A stretch of 64,000 nt of DNA, taken from assembly GCF_006345805.1 (NCBI RefSeq), contig NC_042999.1:12090001-12154000 (forward strand), in the 5' to 3' direction. Positions 39,209 through 52,468 of this stretch are shown here, in pieces. The DNA is from Octopus sinensis (Eukaryota). Position 1 is the stretch's first letter. Each line of letters opens with the position of its first letter. The notes beneath the pieces were generated by a model. It was not told where the DNA came from. It saw only the letters and a program-made list of their open reading frames with translations, and ran no database searches. The translations under genes and the position numbers were made by a program.

Positions 39209-39710
39209 CAATGATAAAAAGAGGTGCCGATTGAATAACCGATTCATATCTGAATCAAAGAAGGAAACTGATTACTCAAACGGCAAGAAACAGCAGCTAA
39301 ATGTCCTTCAAATCACACCCTACTAATTTTTTAAAAAATACATCAAATTACACAATCCAAGATAAGCCATGTTTGAAGTAACATAAAAAAAAAGAATGGT
39401 GGGACAGTCAGAGTGAATTGTCTCTGATCAAAAGATTAGTGTTATTGAGGCTGACATTACAGCTATCGGGGATTCCAACAGCAGAGCTGAACAAAACAAA
39501 CTGGTCTAGAAAATTCTTCATTCTATTCTGAAGAAATTGCACAAAAGAACTTGTTTCCAGAAACTGATGGCATCCATACTGAGATGCTCTGGCATTTCAT
39601 CATTTCTATATTCTTTCCAGCTACTTCCACCCATCCTTATGCAGGGTGGCCATGTATTTCCACTGAAGCAAGTTCCTCTACGATGCTTTAGCATCTCAAC
39701 ACCTGAATAT

Positions 39711-39762
<52 letters not shown>

Positions 39763-40110
39763 AGAAGAGTTTTCTTTTTTTCCTCTAATTTTTCCTGTTC
39801 TCTCTTGTTTTGCAAAGAGCATCCAGTTCACACAGTAAAATCTTTGCCATTAGAAAAGGCATGTAGCTGTAGAGACCATGTCCACGAGAGTACAATAGAG
39901 TACAATGCGGTCTTTGGGCCCAATAAATTCTATCAAACTGTCCAACCCATGCCAGTAATGGACACTGAATAATGATGACTGAAGTTTCCACTTGAAAGAA
40001 ATTAAAGCTGGAAAAGTAAATAAAATGATTCATATACCAAATGTTACTGTACCACCATCTTTACAAGAGGATGGTCATTGTCCTTGCATCACGAGATAGA
40101 GTGCAGTAAA

Positions 40111-40953
40111 TAGATGAGTGTAGGTACTGTATAATTAAAATAGATGAGTGTAGGTACTGTATAATTAATAGATGAGTGTAGGTGCTGTATAATTAATAGA
40201 TGAGTGTAGGTGCTGTATAATTAATAGATGAGTGTAGGTGCTGTATAATTAATAGATGAGTGTAGGTGCTGTATAATTAATAGATGAGTGTAGGTGCTGT
40301 ATAATTAATAGATGAGTGTAGGTACAGTATAATTAATAGATGAGTGTAGGTACTGTATAATTAATAGATGAGTGTAGGTACTGTATAATTAATAGATGAG
40401 TGTAGGTACTGTATAATTAATAGATGAGTGTAGGTGCTGTATAATTAATAGATGAGTGTAGGTGCTGTATAATTAATAGATGAGTGTAGGTACTGTATAA
40501 TTAATAGATGAGTGTAGGTGCTGTATAATTAATAGATGAGTGTAGGTACTGTATAATTAATAGATGAGTGTAGGTACTGTATAATTAATAGATGAGTGTA
40601 GGTACTGTATAATTAATAGATGAGTGTAGGTACTGTATAATTAATAGATGAGTGTAGGTGCTGTATAATTAATAGATGAGTGTAGGTGCTGTATAATTAA
40701 TAGATGAGTGTAGGTGCTGTATAATTAATAGATGAGTGTAGGTGCTGTATAATTAATAGATGAGTGTAGGTGCTGTATAATTAATAGATGAGTGTAGGTA
40801 CTGTATAATTAATAGATGAGTGTAGGTACAGTATAATTAATAGATGAGTGTAGGTACTGTATAATTAATAGATGAGTGTAGGTACAGTATAATTAATAGA
40901 TGAGTGTAGGTACTGTATAATTAAAATAGATGAGTGTAGGTACAGTATAATTA
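40111..40953. repeat. Minisatellite, 30 units of 28 bp (TAGATGAGTGTAGGT[A/G]C[T/A]GTATAATTAA)
   Basis: Counted directly. Only three variants occur (tact, tgct, taca), and two units (first and penultimate) carry an extra AA. Confidence 0.98.
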
Positions 40954-41545
40954 GTCTGTGAATGCTTCATTAGTTTGCAGATGTGATTTCTCTCAATATC
41001 ATCCATGGGTTTTGACAATGCAATAAGAAACCACTCAAATATTACTAAATTAAGTTTGAAGTGTTCTTCATTTCCACAGGCACTTCCAGCCCCCCCCCCC
41101 CCCCATGCTAACCCATAAACCCATCTGTAGTGTGATTGTAGTATTGCATAATATGTTTGATAACAAACAGGGAGGTGGGGGGGGGCTCAATTATACACAG
41201 CCATGATTATCAAACCAAACACTCCAGTGTTATTTTTAAAACATGCTATATCCACTTAATGTCAAAGTAAAGAAAGCAATGATTAATTGGAGGGAATGGA
41301 GTCAGTGTGTGGCCACCGAGAAGGTCAGCTGTTACACTCTACTCTTACACTACTTTCCAACAGGTGTTGTTAGTCAAACGACACCTGTTGTAAACTCTGG
41401 ACTCTCAGTATTCGATTCATTATTAATGCAGAACTGATGAAAGTTTATTGAAGAACATCAGGGATGAAAAGCGAAATAAACTTGGGAAGATTTTTAAATG
41501 GAAATTTATGAAAGAACAAGAGTGCATTGCAAACTTAAATGATCT

Positions 41546-41617
<72 letters not shown>

Positions 41618-42211
41618 AAGAGAGAGACTTTGAATTGGAGCAGAGTCAAACTGTGACAACCCATGGAAACATTAAAATGATAAGGAACTAATTTGCCATT
41701 AAAAATGTTTCATCCTCCTTGTTTTATGTCCATCTTCCATGTTGGCAGGGATTGGAAAGTTTAATAGGATCTGATGGGTCCAACCACTACATTTGTTCTG
41801 CAATGTCCTGCTTTGGTAGGGTTTCTACAATTGGACGACCCTCCTAATGCTAATCAATTCACAGCATGGACTGGGTAGCTTTTTGTGTTTTGTAGCACCA
41901 GTACTAATGAGGTACTAGCAAAGTACTAATAAAGTAGCCATGTAGCTTGAGTGGTGGGAGAAGGGGCAGAACGGGTTTGTTGCTGCAGAGAGAAGGGGGC
42001 AAGACTATTTACATTGAAAGTGATTGGGCGGGATTGGGAAGCGATAAAATAATGGTGATGAGGTGTCTGGATGGAGTTCAAGGTATAAAGGGGGCAGAAA
42101 TGGGTGGAACCAGGAATTGATAAGAGTAGGGATAGGGGGATGTCTGACAATGCAGAGCAGCAAAATAGTAATGATGGTATGATAGACAAGTAGGAGAGGT
42201 GGAGGGGATAT

Positions 42212-42245
<34 letters not shown>

Positions 42246-42294
42246 GGGGTGGGAAAGATGATATACTTTTGGGTAACAACACACTCATAATATA

Positions 42295-43956
42295 TCAGGT
42301 CATTCAGGATGAAATGTCCAATTTTGAACTTCAAGTATATTTGACTTTATCTAAACAAAACTTCTCAAACCATCAATGTAGAGGGCGCTCATTTGCCACA
42401 TCTTCACCAAACACCTCATTCATGTTTTGAGCTGTCTGGGATGCATTGGTTCCATCACGAAACTTACGAGGGGCGTTCAATAAGTAATGCCCCTGACCCA
42501 CTTGCAGTTGTTTGATCTAGCTGAAATTTTGCATGTGCACTTATTTATACCTCTATAGATTAAGTGGCGAATTACAGCTCTGAACTAATTGTGGTTTCTG
42601 ATTTACAGGTATTTGAACTGAGTCAAGTGTGAAATGGAGCCTGTTGAGTGTCGAGCAGTGATCTGGTTTTTGTATTTGAAAGGACGCACACCACGGGAGA
42701 CTTTTGATGAAGTGAAAGTAACTTATGGTGATGATGCCCCATCATATGACCTTGTAAAACGCTGGCATTGTGAATTCAAACGTAGTCGGAACTCTGTGGA
42801 AACAGCTCCCAGATCTGGTCGCCCCCTTCTGCCGTTGATGAGACGTCTGTCCGTTAAGTTGAGGCTGCCATTTTGGAAGGTCAACGCATAATTATTCGCC
42901 AAATAGCCCATAAGGTCAAGATTAGTACCGGGTCTGTGGAAACTATCATTCATGACCATTTGCATATGCAAAAGGTGTCTGCCAGATGGATTTCCAGGTT
43001 GCTCACACCTTTCCAGAAGCAAGAACGCGTTGAGTGCTTGAGGATGAATTTGGAGATGTGCCAAGAAGATGAGTCAAAATTTTTCAAAAGACTGATCACA
43101 CAGGATAAAACCTGGGTCCATCACTATGATCCATAGACCAAAGCCCAGTCAATGCAGTGAAAGCACCGTGATTCACCTCCTCCAAAGAAGGCAAGGGTGC
43201 AGCCCTCCGCTGACAAGGTTATGCTCACAGTCTTCTGGGACCAGGACGGAGTAGTGATGACAGATTTCCTGGCTAAGGGTACCACAATTACAGGAGCCTA
43301 TTATGCTTCACTTTTGAGGAAATTAAGAGAAGCTATCAAAATCAAGAGGCGGGTCAAGATCAGCAAAGGCATCCTCCTCCTGCAGGACAACGCTCCAGTC
43401 CACAACTTGCGTGTCGCCAGATCAGAAGCACAGGCGTATGGCTATGAATTCCTCCCCTTGCACCCTCTGATTTTCACCTCTTCCCAGCCATGAAGTTGTT
43501 TTTGAAAGGAAAGCGTTTCCCAGATGATGCAGCCTTGATTTCTGAAGTCACGTCGTGGTTGGAGGACCAAGCTGGGGTCTTCTACAAAAACGGTCTCCAG
43601 AGCTGTATCAAACGATGGGAGAAATGCATAACTCTGGGTATTTCCTATGTAGGAAAAGACTAATAACTGTGCCAAGTGTTGTTGCTCTACTGCTATGGGA
43701 AGTGGGTCAGGGGCATTACTTATTGAACGCCCCTCGTATATTCATAAGCAACACAAAGTTTTGACCTATCCATGGATTCACAAAAATTGATTTACAAGAG
43801 AAAACTCAGAATAGAATCAGACACCATGAATGGCATTTCGAAAAGTGATGATGTAACTCTTCAATGTTGTAAAACAAAGAATTGTCAGGATAAAACATTA
43901 GAATTAATGACAGTCAAACTTGATGCAAAAGAAAATCACACGTTTCCTTCTTAATG

Positions 43957-43962
<6 letters not shown>
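42295..43962 (-). mobile_element. Older internally deleted mariner (~400 bp of own sequence) hosting the 42467-43736 element
   Basis: Degenerate TIRs ggtcattcaggatgaaatgtccaatttt vs ggtcattaagaaggaaacgtgtgatttt (21/28). Removing the inner element and one TA restores the frame MDRSKLCVAYEYKFRDGTNASQTAQNMNEVFGEDVANERPLH*WFEK, a mariner N-terminus. Confidence 0.85.
42467..43736 (+). mobile_element. Mariner element (irritans/Himar-like), 1270 bp, perfect 37-bp TIRs, TA TSD, defective transposase 42634-43663
   Basis: Identical TIRs cgaggggcgttcaataagtaatgcccctgacccactt with TA at 42465-66 and 43737-38. Protein MEPVECRAVIWFLYLKG...SARWISRLL...ITQDKTWVHHYDP...LLQDNAPVH...LAPSDFHLF has a frameshift, stops and loss of the HPPYSPD segment. 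Subfamily call rests on remembered motifs. Confidence 0.96.
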
Positions 43963-44040
<78 letters not shown>

Positions 44041-44045
44041 TATAT

Positions 44046-45090
44046 ATTGTCATCGTCGTTTAACGTCTGCTTCCCATGCTGGTAGAGGTTGGACGGTTTG
44101 ACTGAGGACTGGTGAGCCAGAAGGCTGCACCAGGCTCCAATCTGGCAAAGTTTCAACAGCTGGATGCCCTTTCTAATGCCAACCACTGCAAGAGTATAGT
44201 GGGTGCTTTTTTACACGTCACCAGCACGGAAGCCAGTCAGGCGGCACTGGAAATAACCACGCTCAAATGGTCTTTTTTACGTGCCACCTGCACAGGAGCC
44301 AGTCCGGTGGCACAACCACACTTGAATGTGTTGTTTTTCATGTGTACATGTGCCAATCCAAAAGGAAGAAGGGTAAGTTTTCTCAGACTTCAGTGGCCAA
44401 TGCCTAATCTTTAGAGGTCAACAGGGACAAAGACTGACCGGCAGACATCTCCACTCAATGCAAGCAAAAGTAAAATTGAGACTGGGAGGAGGAGGGTACC
44501 ACAAGTCTATAAAACTAAAAGCCACACAACAGAGAGAATTCTGTAAAAGGTAAGCAAGAAGCATCACATCTTAGCTTTGCACCTGTTTTGAATGAAGTGA
44601 TTTCTCTAATGTTGGTGGGCTTAGAACTTGATCAAGGTTCCTTAAGAAGTGTTCCTGGCAATGACTGAACACAGGCAATAATCCTGTATTTATTGCTACA
44701 AGTGAGAACGGTCTCAGGTAGGTTGGTCTTAAATGAATTAAAGTGAGATTAATAATTTCAAATTGTAGCTGTGATACCAGTGCTGGTGGCACGTAAGAGA
44801 ACCATCCGAACGTGGCCGTTGCCAGCGCCAACCTGACGAGCCTCCGTGCTGGTGGCACGTAAAAAGCACCATCCGATTGTGGCCGTTTGCCAGCCTCATC
44901 TGGCACCTACGCTGGTGGCACGTAAAAAGCACCCACTACACTCATGGAGTGGTTGGCGTTAGGAAGGGCATCCAGCTGTAGAAACATTGCCAAATCAGAC
45001 TGGGCCTAGTGCACCCTCCTGGCTTCCCAGACCCCAGTTGAACCGTCCAACCCATGCTAGCATGGAAAGCAGATGCTAAACGATGAAGAT
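44046..45090. mobile_element. Two oppositely oriented RTE 3' tail copies (44046-44340 and 44760-45090) around a LINE remnant
   Basis: The first begins catcgtcgtttaacgtctgcttcccatgc. The second ends ccaacccatgctagcatggaaagcagatgctaaacgatgaagatgatgat. Both carry ~60-bp internal repeats. Confidence 0.7.
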
Positions 45091-48000
45091 GATGATGTCT
45101 TTGCCACTTCTAAGTGAGAACAGTAATTCCAAAGTGAGCTCAACATTATTTATAACATTAACAATGGATTTTGTACTTAACTGTAAGACCGTGTGTGTGT
45201 GTGTGTATTATCTTCAGGCTTCCTTTTCCATGGATCAGACAGAAGTCACTGAGGCAGAGTTTCCAATGCTCTTCCAGTCACAAAACCATTCTTGTTTCCA
45301 AGAAAAGTAATATTTTTTTGACCCTCATTTATATTACTTGCATGATGTCAAGACAAAGACACACACACATATGTACGATGGGCTTCTTTCAGTTTCCGTC
45401 TAGCAAATCTACTCACAAGGTTGTGTTCATCCCAAGGCTGTCATAGAAGACACTGGCTAAAGGTGCCACACGATGGGACTGAACTCAGAACCATGTGGTT
45501 GGGAACTGAACTTCTTGCACACACAATCACACTTGTGGCTATATATAAATAAAATGAATGATACGTTTCAAGGGTGGAAATGAGTCATAGCAAGAAGTAG
45601 GTAGATCTAAGCCATCAAGAGGTAACACCGAATCTATAATAAGACTTTTAAAAAAAATATTGTGCAGATGTGTTCTCTACTCTTAGCAGTATCAATATCC
45701 ATGTGTGCGAGTGTGTGTGGAGTATATCTGTATGTATATTTGTTTATGTGTGCATGCGTGTGTGTGTGTGTGTGTGTGTAGTGACAATCTTGAAAACTGA
45801 CAAGTAAATGTTTTAAGAAATCACACTTGTCTACTTGTGAATCTAGGTAAATATTGAATGTGGTAGAAGTGTAAAAAAGCCAACAACAGGCTGGCAGTGA
45901 GCCAAAGATTGAGCAGCAAGCAACCTGACTGCCAAAACGCCATTAGACAGACTGCTGCTGCTGCAGTTGTTAGTTTTTTAAAGCACAACAAGAACAGTGG
46001 AAAGAAAAACATACAAAATAAGAAGAATAAAGAAATAATAATAATCTATATAAAACCTGAATATTTTTTTGAAGACATGCTCTAAACAGCCTCAATCAAA
46101 GATATCTGAGAAAGAACAACATCAAATGGTTTGGTTAATTCATTCTCCAACTTTTATCATTTGATTGAAGTTATTTGGAAGAGAAACGATTAAAACCCGA
46201 GAAGACGCATAGATATTACACATGCACACACACACACGCGCACACAGTTGTATACTTTTTCAAGTTACATATTAAAATGTTCCTCAATATAATATTTCTG
46301 TTCATAAAAATAAGGTCGCAAATTTTGGCAGAAGGCCACCAATTTTAAAGGAAGGGGTTAGTTGGTTGCATCAGATAATGCTGACGACGGTGCTGATGAT
46401 AGGAGGAACAGAAGGCAGACAGACAGCTGCTACCTGTCTGACCTTGACAAGAGCCGGTGTCTTACATATTGGCTGTGAAAAACTAAAAGACCTATTAGAC
46501 AGAATCAGACACAGTCTGCCCTAATGAGTTGCTTCCATCTGAGGCAGGAGAGATAACAATGATACTGAGAGGCAGATTATTACTTACGATGTATGTTGTT
46601 AGCACAGCAATAAAATAACCAGATACATTGCATTTACTCTTTGTAAAGCAATAAAATTACTAACAACATAATTGGAACTTCCAAAGGACACAAAGGAGCT
46701 TGTTTCTTAGGGTTTTTCTTCTCTTGGCCCTAGAAACTCATACCTGGTTTCCATGGTGTCTGAGATGACAACGTTGCCCCCGAACAGATGTCAATCCATT
46801 GTAGAGTTCAAGGCCAGCAAGTTTTGAGGGAAGGGGGCAACCCTAGTATTTGACTGGTACTTCATCAACCCTGAAGGGATGAAAGGCGAAGTTGACCTCA
46901 GCAGGATTTGAACTCAGAACATAAAGCATCAGAAAAATTGCTACTAAGCACTTTGTCTAACATGTTAATGACTCTGCCAACTCACTGCCTTTCATAGAGA
47001 CAGGGGCCAGTCCTTAATGGCTGAAGCATTAGACAAATGCTCTCTCTCTCAGTCTAGATTGGATGTAAATTACAGACCAGGATATCTGGTGCTTATTTTC
47101 TATCCATAAGTAGAGCTAGAAGAAGAAGTTAATCATTGATTTAATGTCTGAAACAGTTTGGCAGTTTATTTCCTGATAATGGAATAATAATGGAATACAA
47201 ATTCAGATTCTGTGTAGAAAACTGAGAAAATGAAACTTTAGCGTACAAGTGACAATAGACAACTGAGAGAAGCCTGTCGTACATACGTGTGCGTGTGTAT
47301 GTAAGTGTGTGTGTATTACACACACACACACACACATTTACAAGATAAAGAAATAGTATCTATCATACAGTATTAAGAATAAAGGATAGGAAAATATAGG
47401 TTTCCAGCTAAGTATGTTAAATCAGTGATAAGGCTGAACAGAGAAAGTATCTAATTTTATTATCATTTGTGGTGTGTGTGAGGTTCCTGATAATGACGAG
47501 CCAGATGATCCCCACTGTGTTATGTTTCTCTTGCATTGAGCCAATGAAACAAACATCTTACACAATCACTTCATCTACTAGAAGTAGCAGCCAAAACTCC
47601 CTCAATCCATACTCTCTGTCTTAAAAATAGGAAAGAAGCAATGAGCAATGCAGTCTTAGATACACTATATATGAAAACAAAAAAACACCAATAAAAAATA
47701 AACGGTATGTTCATTTATAGAACATCATTGAACTTAGGTTTTCTTATGATCAAAGCTGACCTGGGAAGGGATTAAAACACAAAAACACCAATAAAAACCC
47801 TTGAATCATACGTTGAGATATGGGCAGGGTGGTGAATAATAATGAGGGGGAGAGATAATTCATACGGAGGTCAAGTGTTTAAACTCTGAAACAGTATATT
47901 GAATTTGCGTTGTCCATTGTAAGAGAAAATAGGATTGTTCTGCTGGTCTTATTTTTTGTCAGCAAAGCACTGAAAAATAACTTCTTTCAACTCATGGCTA

Positions 48001-48201
48001 TCATCATGTTCATTTAAAGGCCAGGTTTCCATGGATCAGACAACCCTCAACTGTTTCCAAGCAAGGTCATATTTTCATTTTGCCAGGCATGTTTTTCATG
48101 GAAGACTGGAAACAAACAGGATTGCTTATTTCATGGTAATGCTTGTTTACAACCATCAAAACAAAGAGGCACACACACACACATTATCTCTCTCATATAT
48201 A

Positions 48202-48241
<40 letters not shown>

Positions 48242-50085
48242 GGCTTCTTGCAGTTTTTGTCCATCAAATCCACCCAGAAGGCTTTGAACAGCCCAAGGTT
48301 GTAGTAGAAGGCACTTGCCCAAGATACCAACCAGTGGGACTGAACTCTGAGCCATGTGGTTGGGAATCAAGCTCCCCCTCCATCACACAGCCATGCCTCT
48401 CCCTCCTCTGACAAGAAGAGAAGGATTGTAGTCACTAGCTGCTACACTGAGCAATGATCGTGATGTGTACACGTGCGTGTGTGTGTGTGTGATCATCAAA
48501 CAGCCTTGATCATGCTGGAATGGATTGGACAGTTTGACAGGGTCCAATGTGTCCAAGGTGTACATTTGTGCTCCAATGTCTGCCCTGGCATGGTTTCCAT
48601 GGTTGGATTTTCTTCTTAGCATCAGCAAGCAGCTTGCAAGACCCTGATAGAGGTGGGTTTATGCAAAGAGGATTAAAGGAGGAGAGTAGGGGTCTGGGGA
48701 GAACAAGTTTCTTCTTCTTGTAAAGGGGCCACGGGGTTAGTCATAATTTGGAAGCGGAAGCGGGAGCAGGGAAGAGATAAAAATAACAGTGGTTGGGTAT
48801 CAGGATGTACCTTCAATGCATGGAGCGAGCAGAAGTGAATGGAAGCAATTGTGCAGGGGTGGGAAATGAGTGAGGTGGTGGATGATAGAATGCACTGAAT
48901 GATGTGCATGTGTGTGTGTCCAGATATGAGAGGAAGAGAGAGATGGATTATAATTATCATTAGAGCAATCCATCTGAGGCCAGAGTGGAGGGAAAAAGGG
49001 ATATGATATCGCAATTAATGATTTTTTAAAAAAGATATATTCACTCCAATTATCATACCTCCCGCCATCCAAAACCCAGCCGTAAACGTTTTAAACAGTG
49101 GAAGATGCAAGGGAAATAAATCTGACGTAACCATTTTTATTTTCACCATTTTTCTTTTCTTTGTTGAACATAATTTTTGGGAAAAAGTCATGCACCAAAT
49201 CTTAATTTTAAAATAACATCCAAGAAATTAAAACGCATTTAATCTTTAGAAATATTAAATCATCTTTGGATTTCAGAGTTTGGACATTTATCACTAATTA
49301 AATAAATTAGTACCAAAATGCAAGAAAAAGTTTATCAGCATCATCATTTCTGAAGCTTGCTTGAGTGAAACGGAATTCGTTGAGGCATATCTTTCTACAG
49401 CTGGATGCCTTTCCTGTCACCAATCCTTATCTGTTTTCAAGCAAAGTCATATTTCCCCATGGCCAGACATGTTTTTGCAGAATACTGGAAATGAATGACA
49501 CTGCTTGTATGACAGTGACACTCATTTACAACTATCATGCAAGATAAGAAGACACAAACGTTCACACATGACAGGTTTCTTTCAGTTTCCATCTACTACA
49601 TCCATTCACAAGCTTTGATTGGCCCAGGGTTGTAGCAGAAGATATTTCCCCAAGGTGTGAAGCAGTGGGACTGAACCCAAAACCTTGCTGTTGGAAAGGG
49701 GACTCCTTCACCACACAGCTAAACCGTTTCTTACATAGATACAAATCTTAGAAATGATATAAATTGGTTTGTTAAGAACTCCCAGCCACACTGTAGTAGT
49801 AGTACTAGTAGGCACTTGGAAACAGATGGTGGTTTAGTTCCCTGACCAAAACCGTTTCTGACATGACAATTAGACATAACTAGTATTAAATAAACAATAG
49901 TGTACGGTAAGATCCATGAGAGATGAATCCAAGAAGTATAAATCTCCAATGGTAATCCAGACAGAGTAGTGATAAAATGGTTCAGGAAAAGGGGTAAAAT
50001 AGGAGGGTCAAAGAGAGGAGGAAGTTCAGTCATGCAGGTTCAAACGGGAGGTGGAGGAGTCTTTTAAAAATACAGAATATCTTAC

Positions 50086-50187
50086 CTTTTCCTCAAAGGT
50101 TGTAGCAGTTTGGTGAATAGAACCAAGAGATACAAAATATCCTTCCAGGAGTCCCATCAGTAGAATAAGGTAGAATCCATCATGAAA
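50086..50187 (-). CDS. parvin: Parvin internal exon (CH2), 102 bp, phase 0 to phase 0
   Basis: ttttaaacag|TTT CAT...GAA AAG|gtaaga. Encodes FHDGFYLILLMGLLEGYFVSLGSIHQTATTFEEK, compare FADGVYLVLLMGLLEGYFVPLHSFFLTPDSFEQK. Confidence 0.95.
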
Positions 50188-50354
50188 CTGTTTAAAAGAG
50201 AAAGAAATTAATTTCAATTAATTTTGAAAATATAGAAGTGATTGAAATAATTGTTTTTGTTGTTGTTGTTATGTTGGTGTTGGGAACATAAATTAACAGG
50301 GATTTTGATGGCAGGTTTTAATTTAGATCATTTTTGAGCAGATTTCATTTTTAC

Positions 50355-50423
50355 CTGTTTCTCCAGATCGGTAACTTCTAGATTGACCTTTATCAGATGT
50401 TTGTTGACAAAAGATATCAGAGT
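50355..50423 (-). CDS. parvin: Parvin internal exon (CH2), 69 bp, phase 0 to phase 0
   Basis: ttattcag|ACT CTG...AAA CAG|gtaaaa. Encodes TLISFVNKHLIKVNLEVTDLEKQ, compare TLITFVNKHLNKLNLEVTELETQ. Confidence 0.95.
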
Positions 50424-51779
50424 CTGAATAAAAAAAATACATTATAGAATTATTATATTGTGAAGCAATCGAATAAAAATTCCAACACATTCTAAGCTAT
50501 GTTAAAAAGCATCTAAAATTAACTTCAGCAATATTCCTCCTCCTCCTCATTTAATGTCCCTTGTCCATGCTGGTATGGGTTGGATGATTTGACCGAAAAC
50601 TGGCAAGCCGCGGAGCTGCACCAGGTTCCAGTCTGATTTGGATGCTCTTCCTAACGCCAACCATTCTGGGTGCTTTTTATGTGCCAGTTAAGGGAGACTG
50701 GCATCAGCCATGACTACGATCCCACTTGGCTTGAGAGCTTTCCTCAAGCATGACCTATTGCCAAAGGTTTCAGTCACCTGTCACTGCCTCTGTGAGACCC
50801 AAAGTTCGAACGGTGCTTCTTATGTGCCACTGGCATCGGCCACAACTATGATTTCACTTGGCTTAACAGGTCTTCTCAAGCACAGCCTATCGCCCAATGT
50901 TCAAAGAGTGCTTTTATGTCCCAGTGACACAACACTGGCATCGGCCATGACTACAATCTCACTTGGCTTGACGGGTCTTCTCAAGCACAGCATATCTCCA
51001 AAGGTCCCGTTCTCCTGTCATTGCCTCTGTGAGGTCCACCCGTCGAAGATCATGCTTCACCACCTTGTCCCATGCCTTCCTGGATCTACCTCTTTCACAG
51101 GTACCCTCCACCGTTAGAACACAGCACTTCTACACACAGCTGTCCTCGTCCATTCCTTACAGTTTTTTAAAACTGGATGCCCTTCCTGTCAAACCCTCAC
51201 CTGTTTCTAAGGAAGACAATATTCCCATGCCCCATGGTCAAACATGTTTTTCATGGATTATTGGAAACAAAGGACACCGCTTATATGACAGTGACACTCA
51301 TTTACAAATGTGTGACATCAAGACAAGGAGAGATGCACACACATACATACACACACACCTTTTATCTGCTTTGTTTGTCATTAGACTGTGCCCATGCTGG
51401 GGCACAACCTTGAAGGATTTTAGCCAAATCAAACCCAGGACTTATTTCATTGGTCTTTTTTTGCTGAACTGCTAACTTACAGGGACATAAACACACCAAC
51501 ACCAGTTAAGTGGTTGTGGGGGACAAAAACAGACGCACAGACATACATTCACATGTATACAATAGGCTTCTTTGGGTTTCTGCCTACCATATCCACTCAC
51601 AAGGCTTTGGTCAGTTCATGCTGTAATAGACAACACTTGCCTAGAGTGCCGTGCAATAGGATTGAACTTGGAACATATGGTTAAGAAGCAAGTTTCTTAC
51701 CCATACGACCAATCTAAACACAAACACCAAATATTAGTCCCTCATTTCAACTAATTTTCTGACATTAGAACCATCATCA

Positions 51780-52360
51780 TCATTTAATGTCTACTTGTCA
51801 TGCTGGTAGGGGCTGGACAGTTTGACCTGTGCTGGTAAGGGCTGGAGCAGCACCAAGCTCCATTGTTTTTCAGGCATGGTTTCTACAGCTGGATGACCTT
51901 CCTAATGCCAACCACTCCACAGAGTGAACTGAGTACTTATTACATGACGCCTGCACCAGTATTAATTCTGCTGAGGGGGATGGGTCTTCTTGAGTACAAC
52001 AAGGTACCAAAAATCTCAGTCCTTAATTATCTCTTTTGTAAGGCTCAGCATTTTGAAATCAGCCTTCAATACTTCATCCCATGTCTTCCTGGGTCTCCCT
52101 CTTCTCCATCCACTTTACAGTCCCCTTTCTTGCACACTGCATGCCCAGCTTTTCTCTCAATACCCTAACACTCTGTCGTACATGTACATTGACATTACAC
52201 ACCCAGCAGAGCATCCCAGCTTCATTCCTCCCTAGCCTTCGCATGCCTTTGGTATTCAGGGCCCATGTCGCACTACCACGTAGCATTGCTGTTCTTACAC
52301 ATGCCTCATAGAATCTTCCTTTCACTCAGAGTGAGAGAGATCTTTGGTTGCCAACAGAGC
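51780..52360 (-). mobile_element. RTE LINE C-terminal fragment plus 3' tail
   Basis: KGRFYEACVRTAMLRGSATWALN...RRLGRNEAGMLCWVCNVNVHVRQSVRVLREKLG, continuing into the (ATG)n-tailed UTR family. Confidence 0.8.
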
Positions 52361-52406
52361 TTAATAAACAAAACGTAATAAACATTAACTTTTAAAACTT
52401 ATTTAC

Positions 52407-52468
52407 CTTTTTGACAAGATTCAACTTCTCGGGGGCGTGATCCAAAAGAGTATCAAAAGCATCACGGA
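52407..52468 (-). CDS. parvin: Parvin internal exon (start of CH2), 62 bp, phase 1 to phase 0
   Basis: ttttgtag|TC CGT GAT...AAA AAG|gtaaat. Encodes RDAFDTLLDHAPEKLNLVKK, compare RDAFDTLFDHAPDKLNVVKK. Confidence 0.95.

Noticed and set aside
40111-40953. 28-bp repeat as a CRISPR array
   Set aside because: Units are directly adjacent with no unique spacers, there are no cas genes, and the context is eukaryotic.
49815-49870. Possible hammerhead relic cagatgg-tggt...acca-aaac-cgtt
   Set aside because: Both core boxes are mutated and there is no consistent stem I; too weak to report.
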